The notes under the pieces were generated by a model. It saw only the letters and a list, made by a program, of their open reading frames with translations. It made no database searches and was not told the DNA's origin. From Clostridia bacterium (lineage in GTDB: Bacteria; Bacillota; Clostridia; Oscillospirales; SIG627): a DNA stretch of 64,000 bases. This document shows positions 1 through 9,841 of the stretch, piece by piece (the first letter of the stretch is position 1; each line of letters opens with the position of its first letter). Location of the stretch: contig JAFSGN010000016.1 of assembly GCA_017440805.1 (NCBI GenBank), forward strand, positions 66,627-130,626. The letters run 5' to 3'. The position numbers were made by a program, and so were the translations under genes.

Positions 1-85
1 AAACACCAACAACGACCAGTTGATAATTGTTAATCTTTTGTGAATTTTTTGGTTTCTACTGTTTGGTATGCCGTTTTTCAGAACT

Positions 86-643
86 TCAATTGTATTTTGC
101 ACGCTCGCCGCCAATGTATTTTGCACGGGTTCTTGCCATAACAAGATTTGCCTTGCCGACTTGTCTTACAGTTGAACGCACCGGTACGGCAACTGCTTTA
201 AGATGCATTCCTATAAGGGTGTCACCGATGTCTATTCCTGCATCTGCCTTTATGCATTCAACAGCAACAGGATTTTTAAAAGTACTGTATACCGTTGTCG
301 CAAATGAACCTCCCGCGTGTGCATGAGGTACTGCGTTGACAATTTCAAGTCCGTACATACGGGCGGTTTCTTTTTCCACGATAAGTGCTCTGTTAAGATG
401 TTCACAGCACTGTGCGGCAAGTCTTATTCCCTTTGCAGTAAGGGTTTCCGACAAAACTTCGCAAAGAACTTTTGCGACATCCATACTTCCGTATGAACCT
501 ATTTTTTCACCGAGAACCTCGCTGGTACTGCATCCGACAACGAGTATATCGTCCTTTTCAAGATTTGCGACCTCCAGAAGTTCTCTGACTGCTGTTTCAA
601 ATTGCTTTTTTACAGTTTCCATTTTTACACTTCCTCTATCCAT
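86..643 (-). CDS. UPF0340/TIGR01440 (DUF436) family protein
   Basis: 185-aa ORF. The pattern VVGCSTSEV...AAQCCEHLNRA...GDTLIGMHL is typical of this conserved Firmicutes family. It overlaps the upstream mutase gene by 19 nt, which suggests co-transcription. Confidence 0.7.
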   Translation of the reverse strand: MDRGSVKMETVKKQFETAVRELLEVANLEKDDILVVGCSTSEVLGEKIGSYGSMDVAKVLCEVLSETLTAKGIRLAAQCCEHLNRALIVEKETARMYGLEIVNAVPHAHAGGSFATTVYSTFKNPVAVECIKADAGIDIGDTLIGMHLKAVAVPVRSTVRQVGKANLVMARTRAKYIGGERAKYN

Positions 644-2424
644 TCAAGTGACTGCTTTATTTTTTCAAATTTTTCCTTGGCATCATCATAATTATCCGCA
701 GAAACAAATGAATATACTTTGAATTTAGGTTCAGTACCCGACGGGCGTATTATAATTTCTGTCGAATCACCCAGTTCATACGCCACAACATTATCCGGTT
801 GAAAGGGCAATTTTTCCTGACTTGAGTCTTTAATATTCTTTACAACTCCAAGTTTATAATCTTTAACCCGTTCTATACTGATACCGCCTATGCTGTCGGT
901 GTTTTCAGCAAGTGCATAAGCCTTGTCCATTACTTCTGATATTTTTGATTTAACATCAACGGCATCAATCATTATGTCGTAAGAAAATTCTGCAGAGAAA
1001 CCATATTCGGCGTATATTTCCTCCAACGCCTCTCTTATGGTTTTGCCATTGGATTTATTGTATGCTGCCATTTCACAGATAAGCTGGGATGTGCCCACAG
1101 CATCCTTGTCTCTTGCATAAGTTCCGCTGAGATAGCCGTAACTCTCCTCAAATCCGAAAATAAAGGTCTGGCTGTTGTCCTTTTCAAACTCCTTGATTTT
1201 CTCGCCGATATACTTGAAACCCGTATAAACATTAAACATACGGACACCATTCTTACGGCAGATTGTTTCGGCAAGTTTGGTTGATACAATTGATTTTACA
1301 ACGGCAGAGTTTTCGGGAAGGTTTCCGTTTTGACGGCGGTTTTTGATAATATAATCAAGCATTAAGAGACCCGCCTGATTTCCGCTGGGCAAAAACCATC
1401 CGCCATTTCTGTCGGGAGCACACATACCCACACGGTCGGCATCGGGGTCGGTGGCAAGTATTATATCGCATCCTCCCATTTCCTGTGCCAGTTTGCATCC
1501 AAGTTCAAAACTTTCGGGATACTGTGGATTTGGTTTTTCCACTGTGGGGAAATTGCCGTCAAGAATCATTTGTTCGGGAACGGTACGGACATTTTCAAAA
1601 CCCGCCCGGAGAAGTGCTTTCGGCACAAGGTCATAGCCTGCTCCGTGAAGCGGGGTATATACTATTTTAAGTCCTTTTTGCGAGTTTATTGCTTCCTGTG
1701 AAATTATATGGTCATGGATTGTTTCAAGATATTCCTTATCAATTTCCTCGCCTATTTCCAGAATTATCCCCTGATTTACGGCAGTTTGATAGTCCATTCT
1801 CCTGATATCCTCAAAGAATCTGTATTCATGACACTGCTGTGAAACTGCATCTGCTTCATTCGGAGGAAGTTGTGCGCCGTCCTCCCAATAAACTTTATAT
1901 CCGTTATATTCTTTGGGATTGTGTGATGCAGTAACATTTATTCCTGCCTTACATCCCAGTTTTCTTATGGCAAAAGAAAGTTCGGGAGTGGGTCGTAATG
2001 ACTTGAAAATATATGTCTTTATTCCGTTGGCTGCAAGAACACACGCTGCCGCACGGGAGAACTTTTCCGAATTGTTTCGGCTGTCGTATGCTATAACAAC
2101 TCCATTCTGCTGACCGCCGTTTGCAATTACACGGGCAGAAAGTGCCTGGGTTGCCAGTTCAACAGTGGGGATATTCATATTGGCGGATCCAGCCTTCATT
2201 TTCCCCCTCAAACCCGCAGTACCGAAATCAATAAGTGTCAGAAATCCGCCAACAAGCGCATTTCTGTCATTCTGTATTTTCAAGAGTTCTTCTTTCAGTT
2301 CCGGTTCAATGTCATTGTTTTTGCACCACTCAAGGTAATTGCCTCTTGCAATTTCCTCTGCTTTTTCAGGTGCGACATCAGATATTTTCTTAAATAATTT
2401 CATGTTGCTGTCATTACCTTTCAA
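625..2424 (-). CDS. phosphoglucomutase/phosphomannomutase (alpha-D-phosphohexomutase family)
   Basis: 599-aa ORF with the active-site Ser loop TASHNPKEYNGYK, metal loop ATDPDADR and sugar loop GFEESYG. The TTG at 2424 overlaps the stop of the upstream gene. The ATG at 2403 (MKLFKK) is an alternative start. Confidence 0.85.
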   Translation of the reverse strand: MKGNDSNMKLFKKISDVAPEKAEEIARGNYLEWCKNNDIEPELKEELLKIQNDRNALVGGFLTLIDFGTAGLRGKMKAGSANMNIPTVELATQALSARVIANGGQQNGVVIAYDSRNNSEKFSRAAACVLAANGIKTYIFKSLRPTPELSFAIRKLGCKAGINVTASHNPKEYNGYKVYWEDGAQLPPNEADAVSQQCHEYRFFEDIRRMDYQTAVNQGIILEIGEEIDKEYLETIHDHIISQEAINSQKGLKIVYTPLHGAGYDLVPKALLRAGFENVRTVPEQMILDGNFPTVEKPNPQYPESFELGCKLAQEMGGCDIILATDPDADRVGMCAPDRNGGWFLPSGNQAGLLMLDYIIKNRRQNGNLPENSAVVKSIVSTKLAETICRKNGVRMFNVYTGFKYIGEKIKEFEKDNSQTFIFGFEESYGYLSGTYARDKDAVGTSQLICEMAAYNKSNGKTIREALEEIYAEYGFSAEFSYDIMIDAVDVKSKISEVMDKAYALAENTDSIGGISIERVKDYKLGVVKNIKDSSQEKLPFQPDNVVAYELGDSTEIIIRPSGTEPKFKVYSFVSADNYDDAKEKFEKIKQSLEWIEEV

Positions 2425-2660
2425 AGATTTTCCTGTATTGCGCGTGAAAGTTGGTCGGGGCAGGATGTGGATTTAAAACCGCACTTTATACCTGAAAGTC
2501 GTTTTACCGCCTCTTGTGCATCCATACCCTCGACAAGTTTTGCAATCCCCTGGGTATTCCCGGAGCACCCACCTACAAATTTAACTCCGGAAAGTTTTCC
2601 GTCTACAATATCAAACTGTATTTCCTGTGAGCAAGTGCCCTTGGTTTTATACCTGAACAT
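2421..2660 (-). CDS. TSCPD-domain protein (TIGR03905 family)
   Basis: 79-aa ORF with GGCSGNTQGI and STSCPDQL motifs characteristic of the small TSCPD family. Confidence 0.7.
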   Translation of the reverse strand: MFRYKTKGTCSQEIQFDIVDGKLSGVKFVGGCSGNTQGIAKLVEGMDAQEAVKRLSGIKCGFKSTSCPDQLSRAIQENL

Positions 2661-2943
2661 AAATAATACCTTTCTTAGTATACATTATTCAAGGAAGTCC
2701 AACATTGACAGACATTGCCGGAGCAATCGCACATAAAAAACGATTTAATCATTTTTCAGTTAAACTTACCCAGTTTATTTTTTGCATACCAAAATATTAT
2801 ATCAAAAATATTTTTCATTGTCAATCTTAATAATATAATAAATTGTAACCATTTTGTTTATTCTATATATTTTTCTGTTTCGCTTGAATTATACGAAATT
2901 CTGTGATATAATTTTTCAAAAGCCAGACAGGAGATTTTAACAG

Positions 2944-3666
2944 ATGAAAAAAATTCTTTTATTGTTATTGCTTTTGCCGATTTTATTTTCATGTAATCCA
3001 CACCAAAATAATACAGAGAGCACGGAAACACTTTCTCAGGAAGAAAATTTACAGGACATTCAGATTAGTGCCGATAAAGAGAGCCAGGATATAATTTCAC
3101 CTCTTGCAACAGAAAACTTTCTGTCCCCTTTTGATAATTTTTCCTGGGCAAGAGAGTCTGACATCGAGTATATTCTAATCCACTTCACCAGCGATGTAAT
3201 GCAAAACCCCGACTCACCATACAATGTAGACAAAAATAAACAGATTTTTATTGATGCAGAAGTAAGTGTTCATTATTTGATAGACCGCGACGGAAATATA
3301 CATTGTCTTATCCCCGAAAATTATACCGCATGGCATGCCGGTAAAGGCACTTTTAAAAATGACGAAAAATACACCAATGCAATGAATAAATACTCCATCG
3401 GCATTGAACTCCTTGCAATCGGAAGCGAAAACGACATGAGTATATATCTTACCCCGGAGCAATACCGTAAAATTGACGAAAACCTGAAGGGATATACCGA
3501 CTCACAGTATATTTCACTCAAAAAATTGCTGCAGGACATCTGTCAGCGGAACAGCATTCCTTACAGCCGTGAAAATATAATCGGACATCAGGAATACAAT
3601 CCATTAAAAAACGACCCGGGAGAATTGTTTGATTGGAATATGCTGTTTGAACAGCCGTTTAATTAA
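2944..3666 (+). CDS. N-acetylmuramoyl-L-alanine amidase (amidase_2/PGRP fold) lipoprotein
   Basis: Signal peptide with lipobox LFSC. HYLIDRDG...AWHAG...NKYSIGIEL...GHQEY motifs are typical of zinc amidase_2 cell-wall hydrolases. Confidence 0.75.
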   Translation: MKKILLLLLLLPILFSCNPHQNNTESTETLSQEENLQDIQISADKESQDIISPLATENFLSPFDNFSWARESDIEYILIHFTSDVMQNPDSPYNVDKNKQIFIDAEVSVHYLIDRDGNIHCLIPENYTAWHAGKGTFKNDEKYTNAMNKYSIGIELLAIGSENDMSIYLTPEQYRKIDENLKGYTDSQYISLKKLLQDICQRNSIPYSRENIIGHQEYNPLKNDPGELFDWNMLFEQPFN

Positions 3667-3689
3667 AAATCGTAATTTTTTCTTTACTG

Positions 3690-3718
3690 TTGCAAAACAG
3701 AAAAAAGTGTGATATAAT
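3690..3718 (+). promoter_or_regulatory. sigma-A type promoter (TTGCAA, 17-nt spacer, TGaTATAAT extended -10)
   Basis: -35 TTGCAA at 3690-3695 and -10 TATAAT at 3713-3718, preceded by TG. It lies about 12 nt upstream of the riboswitch aptamer. Confidence 0.6.
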
Positions 3719-3728
3719 GATAAAAGTA

Positions 3729-3770
3729 AAGACAGTTCGTGACCATCCTGTCTTAAAACAAAACTATGGG
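3729..3770 (+). ncRNA. preQ1-I riboswitch aptamer
   Basis: P1 stem GACAG (3731-3735) / CUGUC (3748-3752) with a 12-nt loop starting UUC. An A-rich tail UUAAAACAAAACUAUGGG follows. This is the same architecture as the B. subtilis queC aptamer (AGAGG-UUCUAGCUACAC-CCUCU-AUAAAAAACUAAGG). It sits upstream of a YhhQ/VUT transporter gene. Confidence 0.7.
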
Positions 3771-3774
3771 ACGG

Positions 3775-3811
3775 ATGGGGCTGATTGCGTTTGCATCATG
3801 CCTCATTTTTG
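3775..3811 (+). terminator. intrinsic terminator (likely riboswitch expression platform)
   Basis: Stem ATGGGGCTGAT / ATCA(T)GCCTCAT with loop TGCGTTTGC, followed by TTTTT. It lies between the aptamer and the start codon. Confidence 0.5.
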
Positions 3812-3856
3812 TGTCACTTCTGTCGCCCGAAGATTAAAATTTCAAAAGGTACAGAG

Positions 3857-4630
3857 ATGAATATTATCAATAAAAACAACACAAAAATAATAACCGGCAC
3901 ATTACATGAAATCAACCTGCTCATAAAATCAGTACCTCCCATACTTCTTATTTTATTTGTAGCCTCGGTTTTTTCAATGAACCTTTTGGCAAACAAAAGT
4001 ATATGCATTCCTTTGGATTGGTTTGCACTTGACTGCGGACTGATAGTTTCATGGTTTGTTTTTTTGGTTCTGGATGTTCTCACAAAGCATTTTGGGCCAA
4101 AAGCCGCAACACAGATATCACTCCTGGCAACTCTTCTTAATTTTCTTTTTTGCATTGTTTTCTCGATTGTCAGCATTATTCCGGGAAATTGGGGAGAGTC
4201 CTTCGTGGAAGGCAGTCAGTCAATTATCAATACCGCCCTGGACAACACTTTCGGAGGAACATGGTACATTATATTCATCAGTGCTGTGTCATTTACCGTT
4301 TCTGCAGTAATAAATAATTTTACCAATTATTCTGTGGGGAAACTTTTCATAAAAAATCCAAAAGGCAAACTTGCCTTTATGTGCCGCTCATACATTTCAA
4401 CCGCAGTAGGACAATTCACCGACAATTTCATCTTTTCCCTTCTGGTAAGCCGGTTGTTTTTCGGCTGGAGCATTGTTCAATGTATTACCTGTTCGTTGTT
4501 CGGAATGACGGCAGAACTTATATGTGAAGGGGTATTTACACCGCTTGGATATAAAATCTGCAAAAACTGGGATAAAAATAAGGTGGGAGAGGAGTATTTG
4601 CGTTGCATCGGTGCAACACAAGAACAATAA
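3857..4630 (+). CDS. queuosine-precursor transporter (YhhQ / VUT family, DUF165)
   Basis: Polytopic membrane protein typical of the VUT/YhhQ family, supported by the preQ1 riboswitch upstream. The ATG at 3857 has an AAAGGT RBS. The track ORF start at 3785 would include the terminator and was rejected. Confidence 0.75.
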   Translation: MNIINKNNTKIITGTLHEINLLIKSVPPILLILFVASVFSMNLLANKSICIPLDWFALDCGLIVSWFVFLVLDVLTKHFGPKAATQISLLATLLNFLFCIVFSIVSIIPGNWGESFVEGSQSIINTALDNTFGGTWYIIFISAVSFTVSAVINNFTNYSVGKLFIKNPKGKLAFMCRSYISTAVGQFTDNFIFSLLVSRLFFGWSIVQCITCSLFGMTAELICEGVFTPLGYKICKNWDKNKVGEEYLRCIGATQEQ

Positions 4631-4631
4631 A

Positions 4632-5279
4632 ATGAGAGTTCTGGTAACAGGTTCAAGCAATGGTATAGGCAAAGCAATTGCAGAGGAATTTTTAGCCTGC
4701 GGGCATGATGTTTTCGGTATAGACATTTGCCGTGAAACAATAAATCACAATAATTACACACATACGGTCACCGATATTTTCAAAGGCGACCTGCCGGATA
4801 TAGAAAATGTTGAAGTACTTATAAATAATGCAGGTGTGCAAAACAGCGGCAATGACATTGATGTGAATTTAAAAGGCACTATCCGTGTAACCGAAAAATA
4901 TGCATTTCAGAAAAATATAAAAAGTGTTGTGTTCATTTCGTCTGCCAGTGCGCAAACAGGGGCGGAATTTCCCGAATACACAGCCAGTAAAGGTGGTATG
5001 ACCGCTTATATGAAAAATGTTGCTTTGCGGATTGCGGAATACGGTGCAACCGCTAACAGTCTGTCTCCCGGAGGAGTTCTGACAAGCCTTAATTCTCACA
5101 TTATTGAATCTCCCAAGTTATGGACACAGGTTATGAATGAAACACTGCTGTCAAAATGGGCAGATGCTGCGGAAATTGCCAAATGGACATATTTTGTGGC
5201 AGTAATCAATAAATCAATGACCGCGCAGGATATTCTGATTGACAACGGCGAAGCGGCAAAATCCAATTTCATCTGGTAG
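4632..5279 (+). CDS. SDR-family short-chain dehydrogenase/reductase
   Basis: Starts MRVLVTGSSNGIGKAIA (Rossmann TGxxxGIG) and carries NNAG and the YTASK catalytic motif. The ATG at 4632 immediately follows the upstream stop. Confidence 0.8.
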   Translation: MRVLVTGSSNGIGKAIAEEFLACGHDVFGIDICRETINHNNYTHTVTDIFKGDLPDIENVEVLINNAGVQNSGNDIDVNLKGTIRVTEKYAFQKNIKSVVFISSASAQTGAEFPEYTASKGGMTAYMKNVALRIAEYGATANSLSPGGVLTSLNSHIIESPKLWTQVMNETLLSKWADAAEIAKWTYFVAVINKSMTAQDILIDNGEAAKSNFIW

Positions 5280-5295
5280 AAGCAACTTACTCTCT

Positions 5296-5331
5296 GCTGT
5301 ATTAATCTATATGGTTAATACAGCATTTTTG
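5296..5331 (+). terminator. rho-independent terminator
   Basis: Stem GCTGTATTAA / TTAATACAGC followed by a T-run. Confidence 0.7.
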
Positions 5332-5390
5332 TTTATTTTTGTTATATTTTGCATTTACTTGTTTTATATACAGTTTTTACATTTTCAGTA

Positions 5391-5419
5391 TTGACAAAAG
5401 CAGTGATTAATGGTAGAAT
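5391..5419 (+). promoter_or_regulatory. sigma-A promoter (TTGACA, 17-nt spacer, TAGAAT)
   Basis: TTGACA at 5391-5396 and TAGAAT at 5414-5419, upstream of gltX. Confidence 0.55.
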
Positions 5420-5481
5420 ATACTGATAATAATTAATATAAATAGTAACTAATAATCACATAAACAAAGAGGAATTTATCT

Positions 5482-7137
5482 ATGACACAACAGCAAAGAA
5501 ATGAATTAGCCGAACTTTTATACCCCAAAGCAACCCTTACAATTCAGGATGTGGAAAAAATGTTTCCCAAAAGAACTCTTCCCGAGGGTGCTAAAGTAAC
5601 CCGTATGGCACCAAGTCCCACAGGATTTGTGCATTTCGGAAATCTTTTCCCCGCCCTTACAAGTGAGCGCCTTGCTCACCAAAGCGGCGGTGTAATGATG
5701 CTCAGAATAGAGGACACCGACGCAAAACGCGCAGTTGACGGTGCTGTTGAGATAATTATAAATTCTCTGAAACACTACAACATCATCTTTGACGAAGGTG
5801 CAACTTTAGGAGACGATGTAGGAAATTACGGCCCCTACTATCAGAGCAGGCGTGCAGATATATATCAGGCATTTGCAAAAGAACTCATACGCAAAGGTCA
5901 GGCTTATCCTTGCTTCTGCACAGAAGAAGATTTGGAAAAGATACACTCCGAACAGGAAGCAAAGAAGGACAATTTCGGTTACTACGGAAAATATGCAAAA
6001 CATCGTGATATGAGTTTTGAAGATATAAAAAAGGAACTGGATGCGGGAAAGCCCTTTGCTTTGCGTTTCAGAAGCGAAGGCAATCTGAATAACAAAATTC
6101 CTTTTGACGATGTAGTAAAAGGTCATCTTGAGGTTACCGAAAATGACATTGACCATGTTCTTTTAAAATCAGACGGTATACCCACATATCACTTTGCCCA
6201 TGCCATTGATGACCATTTCATGGGTACAACCCATGTTATCAGAGGCGACGAATGGCTTTCCACACTGCCGTTGCATTTACAACTGTTTGACGCATTAGGC
6301 TTTGAAAGACTGAAATATATGCATATTTCCCCTCTCATGAAAATCGATGGGGAATCAAAACGCAAACTGTCCAAGAGAAAAGACCCTGAGGCCGCATTGA
6401 CATTTTATACCGAGATGGGTTATCCCGTTCTTGCAGTTATCGACTATGTTATGATGCTTCTTAATTCCAATTACGAGGAATGGAGAATCCAAAACCCTGC
6501 CGCACCTTATACAGATTTTGAATTCAAGGCAGAAAACATGAGTGTTTCGGGTTCGTTGTTCGACATAGTAAAACTCAACGATGTAAGCAAAAACATTGTA
6601 AGCACAATGACCGCCGAACAAGTATATGACTATGTTTGTGAGTGGTCGGAGCAGTACGATAAAGATTTTTATAAACTCCTTATTTCCGATAAAGACTACG
6701 CAGTAAGAATTTTCAACATCGGCAGAGGAGGAGAAAAGCCCCGTAAGGACCTTGCAGTATGGAGCGAAGCAAAAGCATATATGGGATTTTTCTATGACGA
6801 TTTATATAAAATCACCTCTTCCCTCCCCGAAAACATTTCAAAAGAGGATGCCGTTACAATACTCGAGTCATACAAAAACATATACACACCCGGAAAAACA
6901 CAGGAAGACTGGTTTGGTGACATCACAAAACTCGCAACCGACAACGGATTTGCCGCAAAACCAAAGGAATATAAGAAAAACCCCGAAATGTATAAAGGCC
7001 ATGTAGGAGATGTAAGTATGATACTCCGCATTGCAGTTTCGGGAAGACAAAACTCTCCGGATATGTATGAAATAATGGAAATTCTCGGCAAAGAACGAGT
7101 AATACAGCGAATTGACAACGCTTTGAAAACACTTTAG
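5482..7137 (+). CDS. gltX: glutamate--tRNA ligase (long form)
   Basis: Class I signature PSPTGFVHFGN (HIGH variant), KLSKRK (KMSKS) and overall GluRS-type sequence. 551 aa. Confidence 0.85.
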   Translation: MTQQQRNELAELLYPKATLTIQDVEKMFPKRTLPEGAKVTRMAPSPTGFVHFGNLFPALTSERLAHQSGGVMMLRIEDTDAKRAVDGAVEIIINSLKHYNIIFDEGATLGDDVGNYGPYYQSRRADIYQAFAKELIRKGQAYPCFCTEEDLEKIHSEQEAKKDNFGYYGKYAKHRDMSFEDIKKELDAGKPFALRFRSEGNLNNKIPFDDVVKGHLEVTENDIDHVLLKSDGIPTYHFAHAIDDHFMGTTHVIRGDEWLSTLPLHLQLFDALGFERLKYMHISPLMKIDGESKRKLSKRKDPEAALTFYTEMGYPVLAVIDYVMMLLNSNYEEWRIQNPAAPYTDFEFKAENMSVSGSLFDIVKLNDVSKNIVSTMTAEQVYDYVCEWSEQYDKDFYKLLISDKDYAVRIFNIGRGGEKPRKDLAVWSEAKAYMGFFYDDLYKITSSLPENISKEDAVTILESYKNIYTPGKTQEDWFGDITKLATDNGFAAKPKEYKKNPEMYKGHVGDVSMILRIAVSGRQNSPDMYEIMEILGKERVIQRIDNALKTL

Positions 7138-7161
7138 TCAAAAGCACAGAAAGGAAACATT

Positions 7162-8805
7162 ATGGAAGAAACAAGTAATTTTATACATGACATAATTGAT
7201 GAAGAACTTTCAACGGGAAAAGTAACAAAAGTGCATACCCGTTTTCCGCCCGAACCCAACGGATATTTGCATATCGGACACTGCAAAGCACTGGTTATAG
7301 ACTTCGGAACTGCACAAAAATACGGCGGTTTATGTAACCTCAGAATGGACGATACAAATCCTGCAAAAGAAGATACAGAATATGTTGATGCCATAAAAGA
7401 AGATATTCATTGGCTTGGATTTGATTGGGGCGACCGTTTTTATTACGGCTCTGATTATTTTGACAAAGACTACGAATTTGCCGTTGAACTTATCAAAAAG
7501 GGACTTGCTTATGTTTGCGAATTGACTCCCGACCAGATGGATGAATACCGCGGCGACCTTCAGAACCCCGCCCGTTCACCCTGGCGCGACAGACCGGTTG
7601 AAGAAAGTCTTGACCTTTTTGAAAGAATGAAAAACGGTGAATTCCCGGAGGGGAAATATACACTCCGGGCAAAAATCGACCTTTCCTCAGGCAACTTCTG
7701 GATGCGTGACCCTGTACTTTACAGAATAAAATATGTGGAACATCACCGTCAGGGAACAAAATGGTGTATTTTCCCCATGTACGATTTTGCGCATCCCATT
7801 CAGGACGCACTGGAGGGAATAACCCATTCGCTTTGCTCTCTGGAATACGAAATTCACCGTCCTCTTTACAACTGGGTTGTGGAAAATGTATCTGTCCCCC
7901 ACACCCCCCGTCAGATAGAATTTGCCAGACTTAACATAACAAACACTGTTTTATCCAAACGCTTTTTGCGTTCTATGGTGGAAAGTGGAAGAGTTGACGG
8001 CTGGGATGACCCCCGTATGCCTACCTTGTGCGGTCTGAGACGGCGAGGATATACCGGAAGTTCCATCCTTGACTTCTGTTCACGCATAGGAGTTGCAAAA
8101 TCAGACAGTCTTGTTGATATCCGCCTTTTGGAATCCTGCATCCGCGATGAACTTAATGAAACTGCACCCAGAAGAGTTGCGGTATTTAATCCTATAAAAG
8201 TTATAATTGACAACTATCCCCAGGACAAGACCGAAGAATTTGAGCTTCCAAACCATCCTCAGCACCCCGAAATGGGCAGCAGAAAGGTTAAATTCACACG
8301 GGAAATCTATATTGATGCGGAAGACTTTTCGGAAGTTCCGCCGCCAAAATTTTTCCGGCTTAAACCGGAGGGTGAAGTTCGCCTTATGGGTGCGTATATC
8401 ATAAAATGCGGCGAAGTGGTAAAAAATGATGACGGAAGTATAAAAGAAATTCACGCAACTGCAGACCTTGAAACCTCAAACGGAAATCCTTGCGACGGAC
8501 GCAAGATAAAGGGTACTATTCACTGGCTGTCCGCAAGTAACAGCGTACCTTTCGACCTTGCTTTATATGATAATCTTCTCACACTGGAAAACCCTTCAAA
8601 ACTTCCCGAGGGCAAAGAATTTACCGACTATCTCAACCCCGAGTCAAAGAAGATTATCAAAAATGCCATGCTGGAGGCTTGTCTTTCCGATGCAAAACCC
8701 GGTGAGAAATTCCAGTTTGTAAGAACAGGATATTTTTGTAGGGATACCAAAAATCCCAACACATTCAACAGCATAGTTTCTCTTAAAGAAAGCAAGAACA
8801 AGTAA
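7162..8805 (+). CDS. glnS: glutamine--tRNA ligase
   Basis: PEPNGYLHIGH (HIGH), VLSKR (KMSKS), and a C-terminal anticodon-binding beta-barrel region typical of GlnRS. Confidence 0.9.
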   Translation: MEETSNFIHDIIDEELSTGKVTKVHTRFPPEPNGYLHIGHCKALVIDFGTAQKYGGLCNLRMDDTNPAKEDTEYVDAIKEDIHWLGFDWGDRFYYGSDYFDKDYEFAVELIKKGLAYVCELTPDQMDEYRGDLQNPARSPWRDRPVEESLDLFERMKNGEFPEGKYTLRAKIDLSSGNFWMRDPVLYRIKYVEHHRQGTKWCIFPMYDFAHPIQDALEGITHSLCSLEYEIHRPLYNWVVENVSVPHTPRQIEFARLNITNTVLSKRFLRSMVESGRVDGWDDPRMPTLCGLRRRGYTGSSILDFCSRIGVAKSDSLVDIRLLESCIRDELNETAPRRVAVFNPIKVIIDNYPQDKTEEFELPNHPQHPEMGSRKVKFTREIYIDAEDFSEVPPPKFFRLKPEGEVRLMGAYIIKCGEVVKNDDGSIKEIHATADLETSNGNPCDGRKIKGTIHWLSASNSVPFDLALYDNLLTLENPSKLPEGKEFTDYLNPESKKIIKNAMLEACLSDAKPGEKFQFVRTGYFCRDTKNPNTFNSIVSLKESKNK

Positions 8806-8879
8806 TCTGTTGTTTTGGCAAAAATATATGCAAAATGATTTCCTGTATATCCCCGCTTTTTCAAAGGAATTGATTTCAA

Positions 8880-9674
8880 ATGAGTAATAAAAGAAAAAAA
8901 GTCACTTCACCCCAGTGGACGCTGAGTATTATTGTTTCTATTGTAATGGTAGCCAGATTTTTGAGAGGCGACTATTATTCAGTTTTCCTTTGTATTCTGA
9001 CTCTTGTTTTGTTCAATGTGCCGCATATTGCCAGTAAAATCTTTAATGTATTTATTCCGAGGGAATTGGAAGTAGTAATACTATTATTTATATTTTCTGC
9101 TGAGATTCTCGGCGAAATCGGTAATTTTTATAACCGTATCCCCTGGTGGGACAGTATGCTTCATACAATCAACGGTTTTCTGATGGCTGCAATTGGCTTT
9201 GCCATGATAAATATCCTCAACAATACACCTAAATTTCATTTTAACCTTTCACCTGTCTTTGTGACGGTTGTTGCTTTCTGTTTTTCTATGACAATAGGTA
9301 TTGCGTGGGAATTTTTTGAATATAGCATGGATGTTTTTGCCGAAACAGATATGCAAAAAGATGATATAATAAAAATTGTATCTTCGGTTGAGTTGAACCC
9401 TCAGGGAGAAAATGACCCTGTCATACTTGAAGATATTGAAAAAACAGTAATATTTTATAACAACGGACAAAATCAGTATGTTATAGAAAACGGATATCTG
9501 GATGTAGGGTTGAGAGACACCATGAAAGACCTGATAGTAAACTACATTGGTGCAATTGTTTTTTCCGTTATCGGTTACTTTTATCTTGTAGGCAGAAATA
9601 AAGGCATTTTTGCCTCAAAATTTATTCCACAATATATAAAATCGTCAAAACACAGCACAACCAAAGATAAATAA
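8880..9674 (+). CDS. hypothetical polytopic membrane protein
   Basis: 264-aa ORF with about 6 hydrophobic helices and a soluble insert. I did not recognise a family with confidence. Confidence 0.45.
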   Translation: MSNKRKKVTSPQWTLSIIVSIVMVARFLRGDYYSVFLCILTLVLFNVPHIASKIFNVFIPRELEVVILLFIFSAEILGEIGNFYNRIPWWDSMLHTINGFLMAAIGFAMINILNNTPKFHFNLSPVFVTVVAFCFSMTIGIAWEFFEYSMDVFAETDMQKDDIIKIVSSVELNPQGENDPVILEDIEKTVIFYNNGQNQYVIENGYLDVGLRDTMKDLIVNYIGAIVFSVIGYFYLVGRNKGIFASKFIPQYIKSSKHSTTKDK

Positions 9675-9792
9675 TTTTTAATTTTGAAAAAACAATGTAG
9701 ATGTCGTCAAAAAACTTTCACTACCGTACAATCCTGCGCCCGCGGGCTTCGGGTTGTCCGTTCTGAAAAATTTTTTCTGTATATTTAAGTCA

Positions 9793-9829
9793 GGGGGAAC
9801 AAAAACTCTATTTGAGTTTTTGCTCCCCC
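9793..9829. terminator. hairpin terminator between convergent genes
   Basis: GGGGGAACAAAAACTC / GAGTTTTTGCTCCCCC stem with a 5-nt loop. A T-rich tract follows on the + strand. Confidence 0.6.
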
Positions 9830-9841
9830 ATATTTTTATGT

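Noticed and set aside
3785-3856. Upstream extension of the YhhQ/VUT ORF (track start 3785)
   Set aside because: The extension overlaps the riboswitch terminator, has no RBS and adds a non-homologous Cys/His-rich peptide. The ATG at 3857 with an RBS is preferred.
5280-5481. T-box leaders upstream of gltX, and likewise upstream of hisS (21644-21654) and aspS (22918-22933)
   Set aside because: The gltX leader contains only a terminator and a promoter, with no AGAGA/GGTGNRA stem I or TGGTACCGCG T-box sequence. The hisS and aspS intergenic gaps are too short (11 and 16 nt) to hold a leader.
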